A program made the translations under genes and the position numbers. The notes beneath the pieces were generated by a model. It saw nothing but the letters and a program-made list of their open reading frames with translations, did not search any database and was not told the origin of the DNA. DNA of 64,000 nt. Source: Candidatus Eiseniibacteriota bacterium (GTDB taxonomy: Bacteria > Eisenbacteria > RBG-16-71-46). Numbering within the stretch: position 1 is the first letter of the stretch; every line of letters starts with the position of its first letter. This document shows, piece after piece, positions 47,691 to 57,479 of the stretch. Location: contig JANLWX010000018.1 in the NCBI GenBank assembly GCA_031364845.1, positions 18,247 through 82,246 of the forward strand, in the 5' to 3' direction.

Positions 47691-48317
47691 ATGCTCGACT
47701 TGAAGCAGCTCGACTTCGAAAAGCGCGGCGGTGTGGTAGCCGTCGTCACGCAGGATGCGCGCACCGGCGTCGTGCTGATGGTCGCCCACGCCGACCGCGA
47801 GGCCTTACAGCGCACGATCGCGACGCGGCAGATGCACTATCGCTCGCGCCGGCGCGGCCTGTGGCACAAAGGAGCGACGAGCGGAAACACACAGGCGGTG
47901 GTTTCGCTGAGCCCGGATTGCGACGGCGACGTCGTCCTGGCGCGCGTGATCCCGGCCGGCCCGGCGTGCCACACCAACGACACGTCGTGTTTCGGCCTGA
48001 CCGCGCTCGGCGCCGACGCGCTTGGCGAACTCGACGCGACGATCGCGAACCGCGCCATGACCAAGGACGGCTTCGCCAAGCCGAGCTACACGCGCGAGTT
48101 GCTGGACGACCGCAACAAGCGGCTGAAGAAGCTGGGCGAGGAAGCTGCCGAACTCGTGGCGGCGTGCGCCGACGGCGATCCGAAGAAGGCGGTCGCGGAG
48201 GCGGCGGACCTCATCTATCACACGCTCGTGGCGTTGCGCGCGCTCGGCGCGGGGCTCGACGAGGTGCGTGAAACGCTCGCGGGCCGCGCGGCGGTGGAGC
48301 GGTCCGCGGGGAAGTAG
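47691..48317 (+). CDS. hisIE: Bifunctional PR-AMP cyclohydrolase / PR-ATP pyrophosphatase
   Basis: WHKGATSG, DCDGD, ACH...SCF; SYT...KKLGEE...EAADLIYH. Confidence 0.96.
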   Translation: MLDLKQLDFEKRGGVVAVVTQDARTGVVLMVAHADREALQRTIATRQMHYRSRRRGLWHKGATSGNTQAVVSLSPDCDGDVVLARVIPAGPACHTNDTSCFGLTALGADALGELDATIANRAMTKDGFAKPSYTRELLDDRNKRLKKLGEEAAELVAACADGDPKKAVAEAADLIYHTLVALRALGAGLDEVRETLAGRAAVERSAGK

Positions 48318-48386
48318 CCCTCATCACCTTCCACGAAGCGTCCCGCGTCGCGCGGCCCGTCCCTTCAAGAGGGCGCTCGCCTCGCT

Positions 48387-50012
48387 TCACCCCACCACGA
48401 TCTCGCCCTCATCCGTCAGATCGAAGCGTCCCGCAAGCGGCTCCCGCGGAAGCCCCGGCATCCTCAAGATTTCGCCCGTGATCGGAACCAGGTAGCCCGC
48501 TCCCGCGGCGAGCTGGATCTCGCGCACCGTCACGAGAAAGTCCTTAGGGCGCCCGAGCAGCGCGGGATTGTCGCTCAGCGACTGCTGCGTCTTCGCGATG
48601 CAGATCGGAAGTCCGCCGTATCCGAGCTTCTCGAACTGCGTCCGGTCGCGTTTCGCGCGCACGGTGTAGTCGACGGCTTCGGCGCCGTACATCCCGTGCG
48701 CGACCTTCTCGATCTTGGTCTCGATCGAATCGCTCCACTCGTAGAGCGGCCGGAAGTGCGGCTTCGATTGCTGCGTCATCGTCCACACGATCTCAGCCAG
48801 TTCGGTGCAACCGTCTCCGCCCACCGAGAACGGCTTCGCGACGACCGCCTGAATTCCCAGCTCCGCGCAGCGGTTCCGGACGACCGCGACTTCATCGGGC
48901 GTGTCGGTCGGGAAGTGGTTGACCGCGACGACACACGGCTGCTCGAACTTCTGAATATTCTCGAGATGCTTCTCCATGTTCGCGAGTCCGTTCGCGACCG
49001 CTGCGGCGTCCGGCTCGGCGATGCTCGCGAGCGGCACGCCGCCGTGCATCTTGAGCGCGCGCAGCGTGACCACGAGCACCGTGCCGCTCGGCGCGAAATC
49101 GCCGTAACGGCAGTTGATGTCGAAGAACTTCTCGGCGCCCAGCTCGAAAGCGAATCCCGCCTCGGTCACGACGATGTCGGAGTACGCGAGCGCAAGGCGA
49201 GTCGCGGTGATCGAATTGGTTCCGTGCGCGATGTTCGCGAACGGACCGCCGTGAAGGATCGCGGGCACACCTTCGACCGTCTGCACCAGATTGGGCTTCA
49301 CGGCATCACGCAGCAGTGCGGCCATCGCGCCGACCGCCTTGAGATCGGAAGCGAAGACCGGCGTGCCGTCGGGCCGATAGCCCACCACGATGCGCGCGAG
49401 GCGAGCTTTCAAATCCGGCACGCCCTGCGCGAGGCACAGGATCGCCATCACTTCACTCGCGGCACTGATATCGAAACCGGTCTCGCGCGGCACGCCCTCG
49501 CGGTGGCCGCCGAGTCCGATCACGATGTCGCGCAACGCGCGATCGTTCATGTCCATCACGCGCCGCCACAGGATGCGGCGCGAATCGAGCCCGAGCGCGT
49601 TGCCGAAATGGAGATGATTGTCGACGAGGGCGGCGAGCAGATTGTGGGCGCTCGACACCGCGTGAATGTCGCCGGTGAAGTGGAGGTTGATGTCGTCCGA
49701 CGGAACCACCTGCGACATGCCGCCGCCGGTTCCGCCGCCCTTCATCCCGAGAAACGGACCGAGCGAAGGCTCACGCAGCGCGACCGCGCTGCGCTTGCCG
49801 ATCTTCGCGAGCCCCTGGGCGAGCCCCACCGAGCACGTGGTCTTGCCTTCGCCCGCCGGAGTCGGCGTGATCGCGGAGACCAGCACCAGCTTTCCGCGCA
49901 TGGGCTGGCCCTCGAGGGCTTTGAGGGCGATCTTGCCCTTGTGGTGTCCGTAGGGTTCGAGATGTGCGGGATCGAGTCCGAGTTCGCGCGCGACCGTCAT
50001 GATGGGTTTCAT
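48387..50012 (-). CDS. fhs: Formate--tetrahydrofolate ligase
   Basis: TPTPAGEGKTT, NLHFTGD, HGGPFANIAHG, TEAGF, CIAKTQ, MPGLP. Confidence 0.97.
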   Translation of the reverse strand: MKPIMTVARELGLDPAHLEPYGHHKGKIALKALEGQPMRGKLVLVSAITPTPAGEGKTTCSVGLAQGLAKIGKRSAVALREPSLGPFLGMKGGGTGGGMSQVVPSDDINLHFTGDIHAVSSAHNLLAALVDNHLHFGNALGLDSRRILWRRVMDMNDRALRDIVIGLGGHREGVPRETGFDISAASEVMAILCLAQGVPDLKARLARIVVGYRPDGTPVFASDLKAVGAMAALLRDAVKPNLVQTVEGVPAILHGGPFANIAHGTNSITATRLALAYSDIVVTEAGFAFELGAEKFFDINCRYGDFAPSGTVLVVTLRALKMHGGVPLASIAEPDAAAVANGLANMEKHLENIQKFEQPCVVAVNHFPTDTPDEVAVVRNRCAELGIQAVVAKPFSVGGDGCTELAEIVWTMTQQSKPHFRPLYEWSDSIETKIEKVAHGMYGAEAVDYTVRAKRDRTQFEKLGYGGLPICIAKTQQSLSDNPALLGRPKDFLVTVREIQLAAGAGYLVPITGEILRMPGLPREPLAGRFDLTDEGEIVVG

Positions 50013-50174
50013 GGCGCGCACACTACCGCAGGTCCGTGCAACTTCCGAGCTATCCTCGCTAGACCGCCCCGCTCGCGCCGCGTAGAATCCAGAGCACATG
50101 CCCGGCTCCACGCGCCCCGCTCCACGATTTCCAACGGCGGGGCGTCACGATATGCGCCGGAATCCGGAGGTGGA

Positions 50175-50645
50175 TTGAACCTGAACGGGCTGTGGCAACT
50201 GCTTCATCTGCTGTTCGCGTTCAGCTACGTGGGAAGCCTGACCCTCGCCGAATGGAACAGCCGCGCCGCGCGCCGGACTCAAAGCTGGCCCGAACGCGCC
50301 CGCCTGTTCGAGATCATCCACGTCTCCTCCCGCGTTGCGGGCGCGGGCGCGTTGTTCGCGACCGGCCTGCTCGGACACGCGGCAGCGAACGCCGCGGGCT
50401 ATCGCATGGGCGAGGACCGCTGGATGATGGTGGTCACCGGCGTGTGGCTCCTGGCACTGGCCGGCATGTTTCTGCTCAACCTTCCGCTCTCCGCGCGGCT
50501 CGCGGCTATCGCCCGTGAGGCGGCCGGGAGCGGCTCGTCCGACGGCTGGGCGTCGGCGCTCGCGCGCTGGCGGTTTGCGAACGTGCTGCAGAGCCTGCTC
50601 TATCTGGTGATGCTCGGCCTGATGGTATTTCCATGGCGCTCATGA
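50175..50645 (+). CDS. Small 4-TM membrane protein (DUF2269-like)
   Basis: LHLL N-terminal helix, four hydrophobic segments, C-terminal LMVFPW; GGAGG RBS and TTG start. Confidence 0.65.
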   Translation: MNLNGLWQLLHLLFAFSYVGSLTLAEWNSRAARRTQSWPERARLFEIIHVSSRVAGAGALFATGLLGHAAANAAGYRMGEDRWMMVVTGVWLLALAGMFLLNLPLSARLAAIAREAAGSGSSDGWASALARWRFANVLQSLLYLVMLGLMVFPWRS

Positions 50646-51577
50646 CCGGCGCGCGGATCGCCGCCACCTGTGCCGGACTCGCCGTGTTCGCCGCCACGGT
50701 GACCGGGGCGGCGGCCGACTCCACCGGCACTTCGGTCGCGTCCGACCCGTTCCTCGCCGCGATCGGTCTGGCGCAAACCGGGCCCGCGGCACTGCCGCCA
50801 TCACAGCCAATGCTCGGCCTCCTGCTCGCGGGCTTTGTGCTGCTCGTGATCGGACTCGCGGCACTCACCGTGCGCCGGCTGCCGCGGCCCGAGCCCAACA
50901 CCTCGGCCGCCGGACGGCGCGCGCTGATGTACGCGATCGTCTACGGGCTGTGCACGGCGTGCTTCCTGCGCGTGATCGGACCGGCGCTGATCGGACAGTC
51001 GCGCAGCCCGTGGCTGTTCGCGCTCGGCGATGTGATCTTCGTCACGCTCGGCCTGTTCGTGTGGGTCATGGTCCTCGCCGAAGGCCACGACTTGAAAGTC
51101 TACGGATTCCACGGCGGGCGCACGGCGCGGCTTCCGCTCGCGCTCATCATGGGCCTTGGTGCCGTGATCGTGACCGCGTTCGACTCCTACTACGCGCTGT
51201 TCACGGGACGTGTGATCGTGACGGCCGACAGCCTCGTGTTCTCGCTGCTGTTCGCCCTGGTCGCCTCGGCACTGCCCGAGGAGGTCATTTTCCGCGGATA
51301 TCTCCAGAGCTCGCTCGACCGCCGGACTCAACGCTGGGCCCGCGTCGTGGCCCCGGCGCTGGCGTTCACCGCCATTCGGGCGATGAGATCCTTCCCCGGA
51401 ATCCCGCTGGGATCCCCCGAGTGGATGGTCTACATTTTTGGCGTGGTCCTGCCGCTCGGACTCTGGTGGGGACTGATGCGAGATCTTGCCGGGGGCTCGC
51501 TGTGGCCGAGCCTCGTGTCGCACTTCTTCGTGGCGTTCGGCACCACGCTTGCCAGCACGTCATCGACGCCGTCGTAA
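50642..51577 (+). CDS. CPBP (Abi/CAAX) family intramembrane metalloprotease-like protein
   Basis: PEEVIFRGYLQ, GSLWPSLVSH. Confidence 0.8.
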   Translation: MTGARIAATCAGLAVFAATVTGAAADSTGTSVASDPFLAAIGLAQTGPAALPPSQPMLGLLLAGFVLLVIGLAALTVRRLPRPEPNTSAAGRRALMYAIVYGLCTACFLRVIGPALIGQSRSPWLFALGDVIFVTLGLFVWVMVLAEGHDLKVYGFHGGRTARLPLALIMGLGAVIVTAFDSYYALFTGRVIVTADSLVFSLLFALVASALPEEVIFRGYLQSSLDRRTQRWARVVAPALAFTAIRAMRSFPGIPLGSPEWMVYIFGVVLPLGLWWGLMRDLAGGSLWPSLVSHFFVAFGTTLASTSSTPS

Positions 51578-51619
51578 CCCTTTCTTCCCATCCGCCGCCA
51601 TTCAGAGGACGAGCCCGCC

Positions 51620-54217
51620 ATGTCGTTGAAAGCCTTGCGTTTGGTCACCGCCCTCACCCTGGTCGTGACGGTTCTGACTGTGGCCCCAAGTCTCTCGAGT
51701 GGCCAGACCGCGACCCCCACGCGGCCCGATCGCACTGAACTCTTGCGCCGGGTGAAGAAGATCCAGGTGAAGCTGATGCTCCAGCGCGCGCAGGCGCGCC
51801 TCGCTCGCGCCAAGAAAGAAGCTCGTCAGGCCCGCATCGATCGATCGCGTGGCAAGGCGAAGCCGGCGCCCACGGCAGCCGTCCGCCAGCGCCGCAACGA
51901 AATTCCCGAGGTCGGATTCGGCCGGCCCGCGCGTCCGTTCACGAGCGCGCCCAGTCTCGGCAACTCGCTCAATGCGCTGGGCCCGAACGTGCTCGTCAAC
52001 GACACCACGGGCGATCGGAACAGCGCCGCGGGTCAGGCAGAGCCCGCGATCGCGGCGTGGGGAAACTACGTGCTCGTCGCCTGGAATGACGGCCAGGGTT
52101 TCGAGGACGGACCGGGCAACGACCTCATGGGGTACGGCTACTCGACCGATGGCGGTGTGACGTTCCGGGACGGCGGCGACATCCCGCGTCCGACCGTCAA
52201 TGCGCGGTGGTCGAGCGATCCGGTGCTGACCGTCAACGAGAAAACCGGCGAGTTCTACTTCGTCGGCCTGATCGAGCCGAGCGGCAGCACGAACGGGCTC
52301 GGGATCGCGCGCGCCACGTTCGCGGGAAACTCGATCAGCTGGAGCGGGTCGCACATCATCCGCTCGGTGAGCAATGCGACCGACTTCATCGACAAGCCGT
52401 GGGTCGCGGCCGACTCCTCGAGCGGCCGGCTCTACCTTTCCTACACGCGCTTCTTCGCTGACGTCGACGTGATCGAATTCCAGCGTTCGACCACGGCCTG
52501 GAATGCATGGGGACCGGCAGCCGCAATGAACGACGCCGGCAGCAACGGCCGCGTGCAGGGCTCGCGCCCCGCGGTCGGACCGGGCGGCGAAGTCTATGTG
52601 GTGTGGAAGGAGATCGGCCTCATCGACGTCGACTACTTCCGCATCCGCAAGTCCACGAATCAGGGCGTGAGTTTCAGCAGCCCGGCGACCGCGGCCACGA
52701 TCTTCGACAACTTCGGCACCGGAGCCCCGGGCTTCAATCGCGAGCGCGGGATCACGTTCCCCGCGATCGCCGTTGACCGCAGCCACGGCCCCAACAATGG
52801 CAGGGTCTACGTGGCGTGGAACGAGTGCATCAACTGGTACAAGGACTTCGACGTGTTCGGTTCGGCGGGTGTGCGCAATGAGATCGAGCCCAACGCGGGC
52901 CCCATCACCGCCACGGCGTTCACGCCCGGCGAAGAGCTGATCGCGTCGTTCACCAATGTCGGCGACGTCGATTTCTGGAAGTTCAATCCGACGCAAGGCA
53001 CGACCTACACGTTCTGGTGCGACTCGATCCCGAATTCGCTCTACAGCATGCGCATCATCTGTTCGGACGACACCACGCGCTTGAACCTCGCGGGCGATCT
53101 CGACCCGCCGGCCAGCAACCAGAACGGATTCATCACGTGGACGTGCCCGAGCAATGGCGAGTACTACCTGCGGATGTTCAACAACATCACCGACAACACG
53201 TCGGGCAGCTACTACCGGATCCAGACCGGCGCGAACACGACCGGCCCCGAGCCCGGCCGCGATCAGCGCGACGTGATGGTGGCCTCGGCCGCCGACGGTT
53301 TGAGCTTCGGAGCGCCCACGCGTCCCAACTCCGATCCCCCGTGGTTCGACAACTGGCTGCCCGAAGTCGCGGTCTCGGGTGACGGGCGGCTGTATGCGTT
53401 CTGGTACGGCTGGCACGAGGCGTTCCCGACCACGTGCGGCGGCGAGTCGAACGTATACGTCGCGCGCTCCGACGACGCCGGCCAGACGTGGCGCGACGTC
53501 GGAAAGATCAGCGACACGACCACGCCGTGGACCTTCACGTTCTCGAACATCCAGCCCAATCAGGGCGACTATCTGGCGCTGTTCGCGAACGACCTCACGC
53601 TGTATCACGCGTGGAGCGATGGACGCCTCGGCAATCCCGACATCTACACGCTCGCGCTACCGCTGAGCGCGACGCCGACGCTGGTGTCACTGCTCAACGC
53701 CGACGCCCAGCCGAACCGAATCACCGTGAACTGGTATTCGGCCGCCGAGCAGGTACGCGAGGCGTACGTCTACCGCCTCGAAGGCGTCGAGTGGGAGTTG
53801 AAGGGCGTGATCCAGCGCGACGGCCAGAACCGGCTCACGTACGTCGACAACGATGTGTCGCCGGGCGTGCGCTATACGTATCGGCTCGGCGTGCGCGAGG
53901 GGAACTTCGAGCGCTACATGGGTCAGGTGTCGGTGATCGCTCCGAGTCTGCAGAAGCTGCGCATCGAAGCGGTGCGTCCGAATCCGACGGTGCGTGAGGT
54001 GTGGGTGTCGTTCACGCTTCCGAAGGCGGGGGCGGCGCGGTTGTCGTTGGTGGACATCACGGGGCGGCGGGTGCGGGAGCGCGAAGTGGGCTCGCTGGGG
54101 CAGGGGAAGCATCTGCTGGATCTGGGAACGGGGCCGGAGCTGCCTGCGGGCGTGTATGTCGTGCGGCTCGAGCAGGGCGACCGGGTGGAGACGGCCCGGG
54201 TGAGTGTGGTTCGGTAG
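51620..54217 (+). CDS. Secreted BNR/Asp-box (sialidase-like) beta-propeller protein with PPC-like domain and T9SS/FlgD-like C-terminal domain
   Basis: Signal peptide; YSTDGGVTF, KSTNQGVSF, RSDDAGQTW Asp-boxes; DVDFWKF; PNP...DITGRRVR...LPAGVYVVRL. Confidence 0.82.
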   Translation: MSLKALRLVTALTLVVTVLTVAPSLSSGQTATPTRPDRTELLRRVKKIQVKLMLQRAQARLARAKKEARQARIDRSRGKAKPAPTAAVRQRRNEIPEVGFGRPARPFTSAPSLGNSLNALGPNVLVNDTTGDRNSAAGQAEPAIAAWGNYVLVAWNDGQGFEDGPGNDLMGYGYSTDGGVTFRDGGDIPRPTVNARWSSDPVLTVNEKTGEFYFVGLIEPSGSTNGLGIARATFAGNSISWSGSHIIRSVSNATDFIDKPWVAADSSSGRLYLSYTRFFADVDVIEFQRSTTAWNAWGPAAAMNDAGSNGRVQGSRPAVGPGGEVYVVWKEIGLIDVDYFRIRKSTNQGVSFSSPATAATIFDNFGTGAPGFNRERGITFPAIAVDRSHGPNNGRVYVAWNECINWYKDFDVFGSAGVRNEIEPNAGPITATAFTPGEELIASFTNVGDVDFWKFNPTQGTTYTFWCDSIPNSLYSMRIICSDDTTRLNLAGDLDPPASNQNGFITWTCPSNGEYYLRMFNNITDNTSGSYYRIQTGANTTGPEPGRDQRDVMVASAADGLSFGAPTRPNSDPPWFDNWLPEVAVSGDGRLYAFWYGWHEAFPTTCGGESNVYVARSDDAGQTWRDVGKISDTTTPWTFTFSNIQPNQGDYLALFANDLTLYHAWSDGRLGNPDIYTLALPLSATPTLVSLLNADAQPNRITVNWYSAAEQVREAYVYRLEGVEWELKGVIQRDGQNRLTYVDNDVSPGVRYTYRLGVREGNFERYMGQVSVIAPSLQKLRIEAVRPNPTVREVWVSFTLPKAGAARLSLVDITGRRVREREVGSLGQGKHLLDLGTGPELPAGVYVVRLEQGDRVETARVSVVR

Positions 54218-54231
54218 GTTCACCCGCGATG

Positions 54232-56907
54232 CTACCGTGGGCGATCACTCCAGCGGCGCTTGATTTCCGTATTCCAGTTCTGAATCACTGAGAGAGGTTC
54301 GGTGGGGTTATCTGCCTGAGTGATGATCAGGAAACGCTGGCCGTCGCCCGATGGGGCGTAGATCGAAATCGCTTGCGAAACACTGATGCGAGTGTTGAAG
54401 AGAGCAATGGGAGCGCTCGCAGCGAAGCCGAGATCGGTGGTGATAGTGACGGCCATCAGCCTGCCGTCGATTCCCAGGTAGTACAACTCGCGGCCGTCGG
54501 CGCGCCAGGTCGGCTGGTACCCGCCGCTGGTCGAAATCTGCCACTTGCCGCCCGGGCCCGGAAAGTCCTGAACGTAGACTTCCAATTGTCCGGACTCGTC
54601 ACAGGCGTAGGCGAGCCAGTGTCCGTCGGGCGAAAAGCGAGCGTGGCCTTCGATAAACGCCGTGTGCGCGAATGGGATCGGCTTGCGGTCGCCGAACAGC
54701 GGGAGAATCCATATGTCGGTGCTCGTGGTCGGATTCGCCTCCTGGTAAGCGAGAAAGCGGCCATCACTGGACCAGCTCGTGAGGTTTTTATCGAAGGGTG
54801 AAGTGAGCAACGTCGATTCTGTTCCCGCCCCGCTTGAGGGTTTCTGATAGAGATTGTCGATCCCGCCATTTCGATCGGATGAGAACGCGATCCGGGAGCC
54901 ATCGGGAGACCATAGGGGCGAGTTGTCATTGGACGCGTCGAAGGTGAATCGCGTTTTGGTTCCGCGGTCCGGGTCGATGATCCAGAGGTCGCGATTTGTG
55001 GTCTCAGTGTCCCGAATCCTCAGGACCACGCGCCTCTGATCAGGAGACAGGGAGAGATTGGTGAGGTCTCCTGATGAGCCCACCGGCTTTCCAATTCCCC
55101 CGCTCCGCTCCATCCAGATCATTAGAGAGCGCCCGTCAAAATCTGAGTCGTAATAGACCAGCGTGCCGTTGTCGGAAACCGAGAAGTCGGCGAGCCCATT
55201 GCTGCCCGCACCGACTCTATCGGCGACCGGCACGATTTCTCCGGTGACCTTCAAACTCCGGGCGTCGAAGGGCTGCGCCACCAGCATGCGGTCCTTCACA
55301 TACATCAAATAACCCGCGGGGGAATACTCGACCCGGCTGCCGCCCACACCGAGAAGCTTCTGCTTGCCGGTCTTGAGATCCATGACCCACATCTCGTTCG
55401 AGCCCGAAGTACGCTGGCGCTGGTAAAGCATGTGGCGTCCGTCGGGCAGGAACTCCGGCCAACCCAGGCTGCCCGAGTCGGGGGACACGAGAATGTTCAC
55501 CGCGCCTCCCACGGCCCGGACACTCCTGAGGGGATCGGCGCGGCGGCCATCAAAAACGATCAACCCGTCACGGCTCCACGTCCCGTCGAACCCGCTCGGG
55601 GCATCGCAGATCGTCTGTACCGGGCCACCGGTCACGGCGACTTTCTTGAGCTTCCCGGACGCCATGAATGCGATGAAGCGGCTGTCCGGTGACCAGAACG
55701 GACGCGCGGTGATGCCATCCGTAGAGGGGATCGGTTCGGCGGTCGACGAACCCATCGGGCGCAACCAGACCATCGATCGACCGTCCGTGCCCATCCCATT
55801 GAACGCGACGAAGCGACCGTCGGGCGAAATCCTCGGCGAACCGATACGCGCGAGGGTACGCGGCAACGTGATCTGCAGGCGCACCGACTCGACGGGGCGC
55901 TGCGGGCCGCGAAACGTCACGAACGTGAGCACGGTCGCCGAAAGCGCCGCCGCGGCGGCCACACCCCATGCGATGCGCTCGCGGCCTTTCCGTCGTGGCG
56001 CGACTGGAGCCGGCACGCCGGCATATGAACCGCCCTCGACGATCCACTTGAGCTGGAGCATCACGTCGTGCGCACTCTGCACACGGTCGCCCGGATCCTT
56101 CGCAAGACACGTGCGGATCACCCGGTCGAGGGCGGGAGGGGCGAGCGGCTGCAACGCGACAATCGACTGCGGCTCCGTCGACATGATCGACGATATCAGG
56201 CTCGCGCGGCTCTTGCCCTGAAACGCGGGGCGGCCGGTAGCCATCTCGTAAAGCACCGAGCCGAGCGCGAACACGTCGCTGCGCGCATCAGCCTCTTCGC
56301 CCTCGAGTTGCTCGGGCGCCATGTACTGAAACGTGCCGAGCAACGTGCCTTCCGTGGTGAGCGGCGAGGTTCCCGCCATCTCGGTCGGAAGCGATGTGAG
56401 CGCGTGCCGCGCCGACCCCGCCACCGGACTTGCGGCGACCTTGGCAAGGCCGAAGTCGAGCACTTTGGCGCCGGTGCGGGTGAGGATGACGTTTCCTGGT
56501 TTGAGATCGCGGTGAACGATTCCCTGGCGATGGGCCTTGTCGAGCGCCGCGGCGATCTCGATGCCGTATCGCAGCGCCTGCTCCGCAGGCAGCGCGCCGC
56601 GCGCCAAGCGGTCCGCGAGCGTCTCACCTTCGAGATACTCCATGACCAGATAGTCGACACCGGACTCGTGGCCGACGTCGAACAGCGCGCAGATGTTCGG
56701 GTGCGACAGGCTCGAGATCGCTTTCGCCTCGCGCTCGAAACGCTGGCGCAGCTCGGGGCGGTCCGCCAGATGCGAAGGAAGCACTTTGATGGCGACGATG
56801 CGATCGAGCCGGGTGTCGCGCGCCTTGTACACCTCGCCCATGCCTCCGGCGCCGATGGGGGCGAGAATCTCGTAGGGCCCGAGCCGCGACCCGGTGACGA
56901 GCGGCAT
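54232..56907 (-). CDS. Hanks-type Ser/Thr protein kinase with TolB/PD40 repeats
   Basis: GAGGMGEVY, VAIK, HRDLKPGN, DFGLAK, YMAPE, TM, repeated SPDG. Start MPLVTG at 56907. Confidence 0.95.
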   Translation of the reverse strand: MPLVTGSRLGPYEILAPIGAGGMGEVYKARDTRLDRIVAIKVLPSHLADRPELRQRFEREAKAISSLSHPNICALFDVGHESGVDYLVMEYLEGETLADRLARGALPAEQALRYGIEIAAALDKAHRQGIVHRDLKPGNVILTRTGAKVLDFGLAKVAASPVAGSARHALTSLPTEMAGTSPLTTEGTLLGTFQYMAPEQLEGEEADARSDVFALGSVLYEMATGRPAFQGKSRASLISSIMSTEPQSIVALQPLAPPALDRVIRTCLAKDPGDRVQSAHDVMLQLKWIVEGGSYAGVPAPVAPRRKGRERIAWGVAAAAALSATVLTFVTFRGPQRPVESVRLQITLPRTLARIGSPRISPDGRFVAFNGMGTDGRSMVWLRPMGSSTAEPIPSTDGITARPFWSPDSRFIAFMASGKLKKVAVTGGPVQTICDAPSGFDGTWSRDGLIVFDGRRADPLRSVRAVGGAVNILVSPDSGSLGWPEFLPDGRHMLYQRQRTSGSNEMWVMDLKTGKQKLLGVGGSRVEYSPAGYLMYVKDRMLVAQPFDARSLKVTGEIVPVADRVGAGSNGLADFSVSDNGTLVYYDSDFDGRSLMIWMERSGGIGKPVGSSGDLTNLSLSPDQRRVVLRIRDTETTNRDLWIIDPDRGTKTRFTFDASNDNSPLWSPDGSRIAFSSDRNGGIDNLYQKPSSGAGTESTLLTSPFDKNLTSWSSDGRFLAYQEANPTTSTDIWILPLFGDRKPIPFAHTAFIEGHARFSPDGHWLAYACDESGQLEVYVQDFPGPGGKWQISTSGGYQPTWRADGRELYYLGIDGRLMAVTITTDLGFAASAPIALFNTRISVSQAISIYAPSGDGQRFLIITQADNPTEPLSVIQNWNTEIKRRWSDRPR

Positions 56908-57299
56908 CAGTCGGGCAGCTGCATGAGGGCGATCGAGGCGCCGGCGGGGTCGCGGACGACTCCCATGGTGCCGTAAGAGCCGAGCTCCCGCGGGCCGGCG
57001 AGGACGGTGCCGCCGTGTTTGCGGCATTGTTCGAAGCTCTCGTCGAGGTTGGCGACGATGACGTAACTCAGCCACTGGGCGGGCAGGCCTAAGTTGTGGC
57101 CGCGGGCGTGGCAGATACCGGCGACGACGGCGCCGGTTTCGGGTTCGTTCATGGTCCAGTCGTTGTACTCGCCCATGTCCACGGCGGTGGCCTTCCAGCC
57201 TGTGACGGCAGAGTAGAACTCCCTGAGCTCGTTGGCGTCGGGGGCGGTCAGATCCAGCCATGCGATCGAACCGATCGCGGCGCGCGTGGATTCGCTCAT
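56907..57299 (-). CDS. VOC family (glyoxalase-like) protein
   Basis: IAWLDLTAPD...FYSAVTGW...WLSYVIV...GG...DPAGA; GAGGAGG RBS. Confidence 0.9.
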   Translation of the reverse strand: MSESTRAAIGSIAWLDLTAPDANELREFYSAVTGWKATAVDMGEYNDWTMNEPETGAVVAGICHARGHNLGLPAQWLSYVIVANLDESFEQCRKHGGTVLAGPRELGSYGTMGVVRDPAGASIALMQLPD

Positions 57300-57411
57300 G
57301 AGTGTCCTCCTCGGATCGGGGGGTCGGGCGCCGGATGTAGCGCCTGCAACACCCTCGCAAACTGCCCCACCAAGACCACCGGGGCAAGTTTTCCATTGAC
57401 GCGCGGGGCGG

Positions 57412-57449
57412 TATGTCGTTTCATACACGGCCCCGCATAATTATTCATC
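57412..57449. promoter_or_regulatory. ARG box(es) at the argR-arg operon promoter
   Basis: CGCATAATTATTCA at 57434-57447 fits TGnATwwwwATnCA; degenerate partner TGTCGTTTCATACA at 57414-57427; TTGACG at 57396. Confidence 0.7.
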
Positions 57450-57479
57450 CTGGGGTCCGGGAACGCCACGAGGGTCCCA

